In this document: positions 1 through 12,500 of the stretch, one piece after another
Position numbering within the stretch: the first letter of the stretch is position 1
How the letters are laid out: every line of letters begins with the position of its first letter
Source of the DNA: Felis catus
Taxonomy: Eukaryota
Direction: 5' to 3'
NCBI RefSeq assembly: GCF_018350175.1
Contig: NC_058368.1
Location: forward strand, 22,384,001 to 22,448,000
DNA length: 64,000 bases
The notes under the pieces: model-generated
Database searches by the model: none
What the model saw: only the letters and a program-made list of their open reading frames with translations
Told to the model about the DNA's origin: nothing
Translations under genes and position numbers: made by a program

Positions 1-142
1 GGCAGAGGGAGAGAATCCCAAGCAGGCTCCATGCAGCCAGCATAGAGCCCAACACAGGGCTTGATGTCATCAACAGTGTGATCATGACCTGAGCCAAAAT
101 CAAGAGTCAGACGTTTAATGGACTGAGGCACCCAGTCACCCC
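1..142 (-). mobile_element. CanSINE (tRNA-derived carnivore SINE), truncated by window start
   Basis: Reverse complement reads GGGGTGACTGGGTGCCTCAGTC...CTCTTGATTTTGGCTCAGGTCATGATC...GGAGCCTGCTTGGGATTCTCTC, typical CanSINE head and body. Confidence 0.9.
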
Positions 143-461
143 AACCTTTACATGAATTTTAAATCAAGCCATGATGGACCTATTTTCACTGCTGGAAGGT
201 CTGGCTCAAAGATTTTTCTTCTTTCACTTCACTTCACTTCTTTCACTAGGTTCTAACACCTAGTCTAGGCTATTGCTAGGAGTCTGACCACAAAATAATA
301 ATTACAATAATATTTATTTCTACATATTTTCTTTATTTTTACTATAACATAGGGAACAAATATAAATAATAGTCATAACAAAACACACCAATCATGTAGA
401 CAAACAATATAAAACACCTGACATATATGCTATAAGGACAATTACCTAGCCCAATTATTAG

Positions 462-663
462 CAAGAGTCAGCAAACTAGGTCCACTGGCCGAATCCAGCC
501 CATAGCTGGCTTATTTTTGTTTGTCCCTTGAGTTAAGAATGATTCTTATATTTATAAAAAATTATTTAAAAAATAAAAGATACTCACTAGAGACCATAAG
601 TAAACTGCAAAGCCTAACATATTTATCATCTGGCACTCTATAGTAAAAGTTTGCCAATTCCTG
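462..663 (+). mobile_element. MER58-like hAT-Charlie MITE
   Basis: Degenerate TIRs CAAGAGTCAGCAAACT / AGTTTGCCAATTCCTG and internal GCAAAGCCTAACATATTTATCATCTGGC motif. Confidence 0.75.
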
Positions 664-1447
664 TTCTGAGCTGTAATAAACAAACACATATAAGACATAT
701 ATGTAAGGCTATCCCTTACACATAAAACAACCTATTAATGTATCTAAGCAGACATATAGTTCTTCCAGTGATGAGCTCATAATGATACAGCCAAACTATC
801 TTGTCCAGTCCTGCCTATTCCTTTTGACCATCCCCTGGGGCTTAGCCAAAATCTGTATGCAACCTTCTTTCTTTCTTCCTCTTAATACTTATCCTTAGAT
901 GCTCTCAGACTGGTCTCCTTGCTACCACTTCCAGCTCTGCATGTCAATTCTTTTGCGAAATCCTTCCCCAGCTTCAAGTCTGACTTCTTCCAAATGTCTT
1001 CCATGATCATTCTAGCCCTCAGTAGCCTCACTTTTCTTGCCACACAACTTAATAATGACATCTCAGATTTTTGCTAATGATTTTCTGTGTGTTAGTCTAG
1101 TATCCACAACTATTTTCTAAACAACTTGAAGGAAAGATATCACACTGCTTTAGTATCCCCACTTTAATAATAGCTCATCAATCTCTTAGCACATGTCACC
1201 TCCCAAGTGTACCTCTCTGTCTTGGAAAAAAATAACCCGAGGACTGGTAATGGGTGATAAGTGATTGGAAATATAAAAGGAGGACACCCACAAAGTAACT
1301 GGATGCAAGACCATAAGCTACACTGCCAACTTGGAAAGTGTATGTGAAGACAAAACTATAATAGAAGAATAGAGAGATAAGGATCAAGAGATAACAAGAC
1401 TACTGAATACTCTGAAATAAAAGGAGATCAAAATATTATAAAAATTA

Positions 1448-1640
1448 GGGGCACCTGGGTGGCTCATTTGGTTAAGCAACTGACTTAATTTTGGCTCAGG
1501 TCATGATCTTGCAGTTCCTGGGATGAAGCCCCACGGCAGGCTCTGGGCTGACAGCATGGAGGCTGCTTGGGATTCTCTCTCTCTCTCTGGCCATCCCACA
1601 CCCACACTCTCTCTCAAAATAAGTAGATAAACTTAAAAAT
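1448..1640 (+). mobile_element. CanSINE
   Basis: GGGGCACCTGGGTGGCTCA head, GGCTCAGGTCATGATCT, (CT)n tract, A-rich tail. Confidence 0.92.
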
Positions 1641-4388
1641 ACATATATATTAAAAAATTATAAAAGCTTACAATACATTTTAAAAAACAAAATTTGCCTT
1701 TGAACACTATTGGCCATTAATGTCCTTTTAACAAGCAACTCTCGACATTGATATCCATAGAGCCATTTTTCTTTTCTTTTTTTTTTTTACAATGTGATAA
1801 TTGAAGCACTACAAGATTCAATGGGATAGACATGCACTGTATTCTAAATCTTTAGATTTTCAATATTCTAAATTTATCTGAAGTGTGCTAGAGATTGCTA
1901 GGAAAAAAACCATTTATCTTTTGATTACCTGCCAAATAAAATTGGAAATCATGTGCATATCCCTACATCACTCTCAAAGATACCACCTAAACTCATTTTC
2001 ACAGAAAAATACACCAAGGATATTAAAACAATTTTTGTATTACTTCATCAAACTGTATTATAAAAATATAGGCAAAATATAAGGTGCACAATCCTTGCAT
2101 GTATGAACATAAAAAAAAACCCACAAATGTTTTAAAACAAGGATAAATATTACCAATGAGTTTAAACTAAAACTACTGCATATTATAAATTAAGTGCTTT
2201 TTACCTAAGTAAAGCTACAAAAGAATGAGAATATTAAGCCTCTATCCCTTCTTTTTGTACTGGGTTTAACAGTCTCTCAGTCCTTACCTATGCCTGGTTG
2301 GTCAAAGACAGTTTTTCGTAATTAGTAATAAAATATGCTTAATATTACACTGTAGAAATTTTACAACTAAAAGGTAATTGTTAAATGCATGGTAAAATGA
2401 ATCAGCTCTCAATTACTCACATGACGAAGGAAAGTGATGACACAGATGACACCATATAATAATCCTAGCACCAGTTTTTTCAAATGCAGATCATTAATTT
2501 GGGAGAAGCAAATTGCCCTTATAATTATGTTTGACTGAGACCAGTGTTAATCAGAAGTTTATTTTCCCTAAACATTCAATGATTCTGAGGATTCAAAAGG
2601 AGAAACAAAGGAAAAAGAGGGAGTTAATTCAGAAGCATACAGGTGGCTAAAGGCAACCTGCCTGGGATAAAAAAATTTCTCCGTCAACCTACATGAGAAA
2701 ACAGAGATGATCTATGAATGAAAAGAGAAAAAAAAAAAGTAAAATTAACATGACAGGGCTAAATTTTTTTAACATAACATTATTTATAAAAATTTCAATG
2801 AGATTTTTTTTCCCTGTTAAGTCATCCTTTCTTCCTACTAACAGGTGTTATTAGTGATGGCAAGAATTATCAGTGGGCCAAAAAGCTGAAAGCAAATTTT
2901 AGGTTCTATGTTATAAAAGATGTGTTAAAAATCCTTTTTATCACTGTTTTCTGTTAAGAGCACCATCTATCTCAATAGGCACTTTATCTCATTACTTTAG
3001 ATAGATCAATTCAACCAAGAAAAGACCAAAAAGGCAGAGGGGGACTCATTTCTCTGAATATTTTTAGGTGGTTTAAACAAAACTTACACGATGACAAGAA
3101 TTACAGATTTAGGAAATACACAAAAACTAAATATTTATGCAAACACAGGATCATAGCCCCAAAACTCAATTAGTTGCTGCCTAGCATATGGCTCCAACTT
3201 CTGAGTAGCATATGTTTAGCACTGGTGCTGGTAATAGCAAGGTGGTAAAATATTATAGTAACAGTTCAACTTTAGCTGTTTCAGTCTTATAATACAGAAA
3301 AACACACCTTTGGTTTCAAGACCAAAGACTAAAAACACAGATACAGTTAAGAAACAAATAATTACGTTGCTCTGTTTTAAAAGTCCATACTGAACACAGA
3401 TATGAAGATTATACCGTAAAAAAAAAAAAAAAAAAATCTTGTCGGCTTATTATTCTTAGTTAGAAGATGCTCAGACACAAAGGTGTCCAAAGAAACTTAA
3501 ATAAAATTTCACAAAAGAAAATCTCTAATTCATGATTCCTAACACCTCAGCAACCATTACACACCCCCTCCCTCCAAAATATCTCAAGGCTGTTTAATAA
3601 AAGAACGAGTAACGACTACGTTAATTAAAAGAGCCACCGTTCTGCTCCAGATTGTATGACAACATTATTTGTTCATTTTCCTTTACCTAACGCATGGCGT
3701 CCTTCCCCGCTCGTGTCAAAAGTTCAAAGATCCAGGTTGTTAAACAGGGCGAGGACTGCAGCCTCGAGTCAACCTCCTGACCGAACAGGTGGTTAACTCA
3801 GCCGGGTAGAGGAACCGCCAGGTACTACCGGCACCAGCCAAACAGGATCAAACACACAAGGGCGGGTTTTCGAGGTTTTAACCCCAAGATGAACGGAGGA
3901 AACTCTCTTCAGAAAAGCGTTCAAGTTCGGCGGCTGCCCGGTGGCCGAAGCCCAAGGCGCGGCGGCCGCTGGGCGATCTCGTCCCCTGGGCTCCGCACTC
4001 GACCCCCGAGCCTCCGGGAGCGGCGCTGCTCACCGCCGGCCGGGGGGCGGAGGGAAGGCCGCCCGCGCCCCCGCACCGCCTCCTCTGGCTAGTGGCGGGG
4101 CCGCAGTCGCGCCCCCGCAAGCGCCTCTGGGCAAGACTCGGGCCCGGCAGGTGCCCGACGAGTTGACGGGTCCTGTCCACCCCCTGCCCCCGACACACAC
4201 CCTCTACTACCCTCTCGCGCCCAGAGGACGGGAAGGGCCGGGCCCCTCGACGGGCCCGAGTCCCGCTCGGCGCCCCGGCTCCTCAGACCCAGCCTAACGG
4301 TTTCCGTGGCGCCTGCTCCGGGGCGGGACGGGAGTGGGACGGCTCGGTCTCCCCCCGCCTTCCCCGAAGGGAGCGCCCGTGCTCTCAC

Positions 4389-4660
4389 CTCCGAGTCACG
4401 CCGCTCTGAGGCGGAGGAAGGCGGCTACCCTGGCGCCTCTTCTTCGGGTTCCTGATCGTTCTCGCTCTACCTCAGCGGCAGAGCCAGCTCTCGGGGCCGC
4501 TGCGGCCGCGGGCGCACTGACTGTTGGGGTGGTTTTCCGGCAGTGACGGCGCCGCCTCAGCCCCGCTCTTCGCTCCCTCTCCGCGTAGCTCCCGCTTTCT
4601 GTTTCACCCGAGGGACCACGAACGCCGCCGCCGCCATGCTTACTACGGAGCTAGGAGGAG
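4389..4660 (-). other. FNDC3A: Non-coding first exon (5' UTR) of a minus-strand gene, tentatively FNDC3A; 5' boundary (TSS) approximate
   Basis: Canonical donor ...GTGACTCGGAG|GTGAGA (intron starts at 4388) inside the CpG island. The exon text (AACGATCAGGAACCCGAAGAAGAGGCGCCAG...GGCGTGACTCGGAG) matches my recollection of the human FNDC3A 5' UTR, and a gene-free upstream region fits that locus. Gene identity is from memory, not a search. Confidence 0.6.
4557..4637 (-). CDS. Candidate upstream ORF, 26 aa (MAAAAFVVPRVKQKAGATRRGSEERG)
   Basis: ATG at 4637-4635 in strong Kozak context (taAgcATGG: A at -3, G at +4), TGA ending at 4557, wholly inside the putative exon 1. Confidence 0.35.
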   Translation of the reverse strand: MAAAAFVVPRVKQKAGATRRGSEERG

Positions 4661-6659
4661 GAGCCCGGAGTCGGCGCGCCCAGTGCGGCTGCGCGAGCCT
4701 CGCCGACGGCGCCCCCGGCCCGGACCCCGCGTCCCCGCCCCGCGCCCGCGCCTGCTGCCCCGCGGGTCTTTCCCGGGAGCGCGAGTCGCCCGCTGAGCCA
4801 CTGGCGCTGGGCATCGAGCGCCAGCTCACCGCTCCCGGGGCGACCACCGCTCTCCCCAGGGACGCAGACTGTCCTGAGGCCTGGCTGCGCCAGGTTCAAC
4901 ATAGCATCTTCCGCGGCCAGCCTGCGAACCACATTAGGGAAATACGGAGTTAATTGACATTCCTAGGGCCACTCACGCAATTCTCAGTCCAAATTGTAAA
5001 AAGCTCCCCCTGATACTCGCCGGGTCAGCCTCTTTCCGAAAGCACAAGAACTTAACGCTGGCAGGTGCTTTTAAAGACACTCCCCCCGAAGGAATAGGAA
5101 GCCACGTGAAGTGGGTTGGATGTTTTCCATCCTAAACCCTTAGAGTCCGGGATCTCTACCGCAAGCAAAAATACTTAGATATTTACCTCAGTTGAAAACG
5201 TGGGGGTTAGTTTCTTGGTCGGTCCCCCCAGTCAAATCGCTTGGAAACCCATTACCTTAATGTGTACAACAGCACGAAGACTTACAAGCCGTAAATAACG
5301 GAGCAGAGATTCTTCAAATCCCCAATCCAGCGATTGGGGGCGCTGCAATAATTCCTGAGGGCTGGCCAGGGCTGCTTACTTTTGCAGATTCCGCTGAAGG
5401 AGTTGGGAAGGAGAGTAGTCCTTGGGACGGAGAGTCCAACCCCAGTAACTGTTCCTTTGAAAACAGTGATGAATGTAACCAGGCTTCCTGTTCTGGCTCT
5501 ATTTCACTCAATTAATTGTGCTGTCTTTAAATATAGCAGTATTTTTACTTTAAACCTTTTACAGAAATCCTTTTAAAAAGTACTTACTGCCTACATTCTT
5601 AAAGAATACAATGGCTAATGAAATCCTTTGCCGATGACTGACCATCAAATGCGATGCCTTGGCCTTATGCTAAAGTCTCAGGGGATTGCTGAGGCATAGG
5701 ATCCCTACTCTGGTGATCTCTTTTTTTCTCTTTGGAATGTTCTCATCACCTTTTCTAATAATCTGTCACTGCTTCTCATCTCCTCATCTGTCTATCCACT
5801 CTGAGCCTTCCTCTCATCCTTTCTACTTACCGTTTATTTTTTACTGTTTTTTTTTTTCTTGATGGTGTTTCTCTCTGGCTCCAGTTGATGACTGATCAGA
5901 TGTTTATGTCCACAGCCCGCTAATGAGAGAAACCCTTTCTTCCCATCAGTAAATAGGACACTGACTCTGTATCAAGTGGTATCTTGAGATATTTTTATTG
6001 CTGTTCACTATCAAAAGTTCTTTCCCTTGGAGAGGTGTTTCCTTAACAAGAGTTTTGGCCCTCTTCCAGACAAAATTGCTGGAAAGCTGGTCTCTGAATA
6101 ACTGAAGCATAACTGTATATTGTTTTAAAATATGAGGATTTATCAGAATGTGGGCGAGTTGGGTGGCTTCTCCATATTACTACTGCAGCTCTGTTCGGTC
6201 TGAGACTAAGCTAGTGGTTTCCAAACCTAACTCCAAGCTAGTAATTTCCAAAGCTTCCTACTTAGGAGCTTTTTTAAAAGCCAAATGGTATTTAAAAAAA
6301 AAAAACAACACTATATTTTTAAAAAGTCTGGGCATACCTACATGTATAGGCACAACAAGGAAGAACAGCTATTTCGAAGGAGACTAACACATAATTCCAG
6401 AATATCCTTGAAGCAGATGTAGAGATTATACTCAACAATATGCAGTACTGTAAGGTTGAGTCAAGTGAGGACTGGGGAATTTATGTCCTGTGGAGAGAAT
6501 GAATCATACACATAAATAACCCTAACACAGGCACCAGTATGAATTCTCTGGGAATCCAGAAAAGGACAAGAATTTACATCAGCTTTGAACAAGTCACTTC
6601 TCAGTGCTTCATTTTTCTTATCAATAAAATAAGGGTCATTTTCAATCATCTTTCTTAAA

Positions 6660-7770
6660 ATCTCAACAATAGTCAACACTTTGACCAATTATTTCTTTGA
6701 ATATTACTTCTTCCTTTGGCCCTGTACTCTTGGTTTTTTTCCTACACTTCTTATTATTGTTTCTCTAATTCCTTTGCAGATTTCTTCTCCTCTCCTGAGC
6801 TATTAAATATAGGAATGCTTCATAATTCAGCTTAGGTTCTTTTTTGTTTTTATTATAATCTCTTGGCCTAAACATCATCACCCACATCAATGGCGTTAGT
6901 TTCCTATATACTGATAATTTCCACATATATGTCTCTAGTCCAGACCCTTCCCCTAAATTCCAAATCTGATACCAACTGTTTTATTGACATGTTCACTTAA
7001 TGTTTCAAAGCTACAAAGTTTAGTCCAACTGAGTTCACAAACTCTTCTTGTTTTCCTTTCTCCTCATCTCCAGTTGTTCAAATCAAACATGTAGTAGTCA
7101 TCCCTGGTCTCTCCCTCATTTTCTATATTCATTGTAGCACCAAGTCCCGACAATTTTATCTTCCAAATTGGTCCACTTTTTACCATTTGCCACCAATCCA
7201 CTCTGGTCTCACTGCATACAGTCTAAGCTCTTCCGTTCATTGTCCACTTTGCAGCCAAAATGATCTTTCTAAAAGCAAATAAGACTATGTCATTTCCACA
7301 TAAAACCCTTAAACAGCTTCTTATTGCTTTAAGACTAGAATTCTTAAGGTGGCCTACCAGACTGTGTAAGGTCTTGCCTTTTCCAGTCCCGTCTCCTACC
7401 AGTCTCCCCTTGCTTCCTGTATGGGAGAATTCTTGACCTCCTTTTAGTTTCTCAGATATGCTGTGATCCCCAAAGCCACAGGCTCTCTGCACATTCTTGT
7501 CTTCTCCCTTATAACCATCTTATCTCTTACTCATCTGAGTGAAGAAAAACATTTCTGACTTACCAGACAAGTTCAAGACCCCTTGTTGATGTCAGCTCCC
7601 ACAGATGTACCTTTCTCCCTATGACTTACCACAGCTTGCAACATTTTCGTATGTGTTAATACTAGGTATGTTTTCATTGCTCCCTTCATGAGAAGGACAG
7701 TGCCTAGTTTTGCTTCCACAGTGCCTGGCATGAAGTAGGCACCCCATAAATATTACTTGAATGGTTGAAT
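6660..7770 (+). mobile_element. L2 LINE remnant
   Basis: Decayed CT-rich L2 ORF2/3' sequence ending in GTGCCTGGCATGAAGTAGGCACCCCATAAATATTACTTGAATGGTTGAAT. Confidence 0.75.
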
Positions 7771-7893
7771 TTATTCTGGGAGGTCCCTTCTAGGAATCTA
7801 GAATGTTATGAATTATACAATTAAGAAGGAGATTACTGAGCACTTTTGGGAGTGCAATCTTCTGTATGATTAGTGGGAAGAGATACAAGAATA

Positions 7894-8395
7894 CGTTGGG
7901 AGACAATTCTCCATGGAACTGTCATATATATTTCTGTATGTCTTGTGAACAGAGGTGCTAGCAGCTTTTGTTCTAATCAGTCTTTTCCAGAATGTTTGTA
8001 TGACATCCTTGGAAGATAGAAATAGTGTCTCCCACTGGAATAGAGGGCACAGTTTTTGCTATCCACTATGATACTGTCTCCTTCTGTGGCGAAGGGTGAG
8101 CGGCTTTGTTTGCAACCCATTATAAAAGACTGGAGGGTTCTAAGCTTGGTGTTCCTCAGATGTAATGCAAACCCACTGCATATGTAGCATTAGCTGGGCC
8201 ACACCATGTTGCCCCTAGGTGAGACTTGGCTGACAAGGGACATGCCAGGAACATGAAGCTGGTTCTGTGTCATGTGTAATACAGTCCTTTGACCCAGAGG
8301 GCTCAGGTCTTCTGCTAGCATCCAAGAAACTATAGCAGGTTGAATTATTAGCTTGCAAGGAACATAAAATCTCAGACCCTTCACAACATTTGACA
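7894..8395 (+). mobile_element. ERVL solo LTR, LTR40-like
   Basis: Starts (C)GTTGGGAGACAATTCTCCATGG, TATA-like TTATAAAAG, ends AAAATCTCAGACCCTTCACAACATTTGACA. Confidence 0.75.
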
Positions 8396-8724
8396 AGATA
8401 CAGTGGGTTGAAGACAAAGAAGGAGCTAAAGCAGCTAAAGAGCAAGTGGAAATTTGTCTTTCAAGAAGTTTGGGGGAAAAAGTTTGGTGGGGAAGGGAGA
8501 TAGGGCAGCAGATCGAGTTGGAAGGGTTATGCTGACTGAATTCTCTGAGCAACGTTGGGTGTCCTAGCTCTGGAAAGAGCTACAGAAAACACTATCTCCA
8601 TTGCTCTTCTCTTGAGATGGGGAATTGGTACAAGTCTGGCAGAGGAGAGGGAGGTGAAAGCAATTGATCTGGAGGTAGACCAGTTAAAGCACCCAGAAGC
8701 TTTTGTTTGTCTCTGAGGAGGAGT

Positions 8725-8935
8725 GTGGTATACTGTGGAGGAGGAGAGACTTTGGAGTCAGGTAAATCTAGGCTTGAATCTCAGCTGTACTACTGACTGG
8801 TTGATTAATCTTGGGAACACATTATCCTCTGAGCTTCATGTCCTCATCTGTAAACTAAAGATAAAATGTCTACTTTGCAGGATTAAATGGCATAATGCAT
8901 GAAAACGCCTCATACATGTCTGATGCCCAATAAAC
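8725..8935 (+). mobile_element. MIR SINE
   Basis: GACTTTGGAGTCAGG...CTCTGAGCTTCATGTCCTCATCTGTAAA...GGATTAAATG core. Confidence 0.75.
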
Positions 8936-9524
8936 AAATTATAGCTAGGTGATTGGTTGTCCTGGCTAATTGTGACCTGGTGAGGTAAAGGAAGTACAGA
9001 ACCTTCTTCAATATTTGCTAAGATACATAGGAAGAGACTTGGCTACGGTCAATCTTGCTCCAAATACTTGAACCTGTTGCAATCTTCATTCCTCACTGTG
9101 GTTTCCCAGCTATGCTTTACTCTGTGGATGGAACAGCTCCTTCCCTTAAATCAAAGGGAATAAGGTACAAAATAGGAAGCCACTTGACATTGAATGTTGG
9201 CCATTCCCGCTACATGGAATTTCTCACTGGCCATCATTCTCCTCAAACCCCACCCTGTTACTATGTTGCTGTGGACCTTCACTCTAACAAGAACCTTCTC
9301 CACAATTTTCTAAATTTCTGGGACCCCCTAAAGCCATCTCTCTTTAAAGCCACCTGAGGACAATTCCCAAATTCTTGTTAATTATTCAAAGAAATTTGGC
9401 TCTTTGTTTTCTGTCCTCATTTTTATCCAGAATAGCTTTGGGAACTTTAGCTTTCTTTTCAAAATAAAAAAGATGCATTTGGGTGTTTTACTATGCTAAA
9501 GAATAACTCTGTTTTAGAGAATTA

Positions 9525-9695
9525 ATTCTTAAACTTTGGCATGAATAAAAATCACCTAGGGTGCTGAGTTAAGATATAGTGGTTCTACCATGTGTCCCCC
9601 CCCCCCACCAAGATTTGGACTCAGGAATGTGCATTTTATAATCACTCCAAGAGATTCTGATTAGGGTAGTCCATGGGTCATACTTTGAGCACCTT
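9525..9695. mobile_element. MER5-like hAT MITE
   Basis: TTCTTAAACTTTGGCATGAATAAAAATCACCTAGG...GGAATGTGCATTTT...ACTTTGAG. Confidence 0.6.
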
Positions 9696-11934
9696 AGAAC
9701 AGCTCAAACAGTGTCAACTTTCATAAATAAGATGGTTTCTTTCTCTTGTGACATGGAGTTGAATTGAGGATTGACTCAATTGTTCAAGAAAATGGCTCAT
9801 CTATGATTCAAGTCTTTTATATTGTTTGTTCTTTATAGAGAAGCCAATTAGGAAGGACCAAGGAATTCTTTAATCACAAAATGATCATCCTAATGGTCCA
9901 AATTTGTCAATGTTAATGATATGGTTTCAAAGTAATGCTGCTAGAGACAGTCTTACTTCCACAGAGGGAAAAGTCTTCTCTGGTTACTGGCCAGGACTCA
10001 TTGAATAGGTTCCTGACCTGGAGGGGCTATACAAGAATAGACAGATTATAAGGATTTTCTCTAGGTTGAAGAAATAAGGTTTCTATATCTGTCTTTTAGA
10101 CTGTCAACAGCTCTTTGATGTTTTGTACAGCTTTAGGAGGCTCTGATAGCAGCCCTGGGGTTGAACACACCACGATCATTATCCAGCATAACCAGATGAC
10201 ATATGAATCAATTTTAAAGAAAGAAGAAGGAGATAGGCATCTATAAGGATAATGAGGCCGAAGATGACTTGGGATTTGAAAAAACTATTCCCAAACTACT
10301 TTTTCTTTTCTTTTCTGTTTTTCAAAAAAGCAAATTTCAAAACCAGAGCAATACATGATCTAGATAGCAATGAGATTTTCAGCCAGAAAAAAATTTTTTT
10401 TCTAATTCAATGAATTAAGAAATGAAAAATCAAATAATCTTAATTGTCATCAAACTTAAAGCTTTTCCTCAAATTTCAAGAATAAATATTTAAACCAAAT
10501 TGCATTTTAAAACTAGTAGACAATTATCTGTGCTAATAGTGTAAATACCTTTATGCAATAAGTTGCCTTTAATTTTTACATATAATATACAGATAAAACA
10601 GGCAATTTTTTTTGTAAGGACAGTGAGGTAGAGTAATGAGAAAAACTAGAGAAATTGTTTATAAATTGTGTGCTTTTGGTTAAGTAAATAAAATACTAAT
10701 TTTATTTTTTTATTTCAAATTTTTATATATTAAATTTTTGAAAACCAAGGCACATCTGAACTTCAACCTTACTTTCTCTTTACATTGCACATATGTATAG
10801 ATGTAAACTCAGCACTATTATGTTGAAAAGATAAAAGCTAAACTTTGTTACAAATAATGATAACCATTACTAAGAGAAAATCAAATAGAGACTCATTTAA
10901 AAAATAACAGAAGATGACTTTTATCAAATAAATAGCTTTAAATTAGAGAAAATAACAACTTAAAACATTGGAAATTTAAGTGTAGCTCATTTCCCAAGCT
11001 ACAGCAGACTGAGAATAAAAGTAGGGTTGTGGTAGAACTCTCATAGAGACTATTCTTTGAGACTACTCACATCCATAGTCAAATTTCTTCCAGATGATTC
11101 TAAGACTCCCAAGAGATCTGTGCAGGTACACTCAGAGAATTAGTCCTCTAAGCAATTCCATGATATTCACTCTTTCTTCTCTCCTCTTCTGGCTTATTGA
11201 GGTGTTTTCTTCTATTGTTTCCAAAGCCAACAAAGTTCCCTGACTACAGTGTTGTCTATGCTAAGACCACCAACCTCTGACTTGAGGTACCTCTGTACCA
11301 AGGTACAGTTTTCCCTGGGCACTATCTCCTGTTGCACTTGTCTTCAGCTTCCAAAATCCCATGTACATCTTAGTGAACCATATACTTATATAATTTGTTT
11401 GAACCTCTAGAACTCGGGCCTGAATTCATGGAATAGAGAACATGTTCCACTAAGCCTTTTCCTGTAACACTGGGCAATTAATCTTGAAGCAAACTTTTTA
11501 TATTTCTCTTCACTTAGGATGAGTTTTTTTTTCCTTCCTCTCTACATAGGCCTGCTTTACCAGCTCTATAGATGTGCCCAAACATGCTCAAATCCTTGGG
11601 CAATAAAATCATTTGAGCTCAAGCTGTGACCCCAGCTACAAAAATAATCAAATACTTCAGATGAGGGACTTGGATGTTAATGAAATTCTTTACTATATTA
11701 ATTTTCTTAATAACAGTATCTATTGAACATTGATATTACACTAAGCATCTTAACATAGAATAAGAGCAAACTTCTTTCTTGTAAGGATCTAATTTAAATA
11801 TATAATCCAAATATGCTTCAGAGAGGGGTATATAGCAAAGGAGAGAATAAATCAAGAAATACTTATAGAATAACTTTTATATAAAAGGCTCTGTACAAAG
11901 AAAAAATGCCCTGACCTTAACAAATTTACTTTTT

Positions 11935-12500
11935 GTGCTGATTATTTCTCTTTTGCTCTCAGCTCCAAGACCATCCTTTTATGCTGTGCTCTGGGATGCT
12001 GGGGCTAGGTCTGGAGACTACATTCCCCAGACTCCCTCATCAGCTGCCTCCCTGTCAGGATCAGCCAATGGAGGCTGTAGTAACTAGAGGGAGACTGAAA
12101 GGAGAGACAAGACCTGCTTCTTATTTGTATGTAAATCTTGTAAAAAGGTAAGAACAACAAAATAGCCACAGTATCTTTAGCAGTGGTTGTGCCACATCCC
12201 TTAATGGCTACTTGGACTACCCAATTGTGCCCCCTTGTAAGCATAAGCACTAGCCATACAACCCCTCCATCAGAGACCTGAGTATTAACTAAATGAGGAC
12301 CCCCTTCCTCCAAGCAACTAGGTTTTTCTCATTTCATTCTCTGCCCCCCTCTGAAGACCAGCAGGTGTTAGCTACTTCCTCCAGAATCCCCCATTTGCCC
12401 CTTCAGCTTTTCAATATCTATGTGACTAATTTCTTGAATTAAATCCCTCTGTTTGAAATACCTACATGGTTTCTGATTTTCTGCTTGGATTTTGATAGAT
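11935..12500 (+). mobile_element. ERVL solo LTR, LTR33-like
   Basis: CTACATTCCCCAGACTCCCT...GATCAGCCAATGGAGG and 3' ATTAAATCCCTCTGTTTGAAATACCT...GGTTTCTG. Confidence 0.65.

Larger units (their letters stand above)
3700..5350. promoter_or_regulatory. CpG-island promoter (core ~3850-4950), probably of FNDC3A
   Basis: Very high GC and CpG density against an AT-rich, CpG-depleted background; GC boxes (GGGGCGGGAC 4320-4329, CCCCGCCCC ~4733-4741), YY1-like GCCGCCATG 4630-4638, E-box CACGTG 5103-5108, CCAAT/ATTGG ~5322-5337. Confidence 0.92.

Noticed and set aside
3878..4953. Many overlapping 67-136 aa ORFs on both strands in the CpG island
   Set aside because: Pro/Arg/Gly/Ala-rich translations are expected from stop-poor GC-rich DNA; most have non-ATG starts and no recognisable domain. 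Only the two frames starting at the CATG (4635-4638) are kept as candidates.
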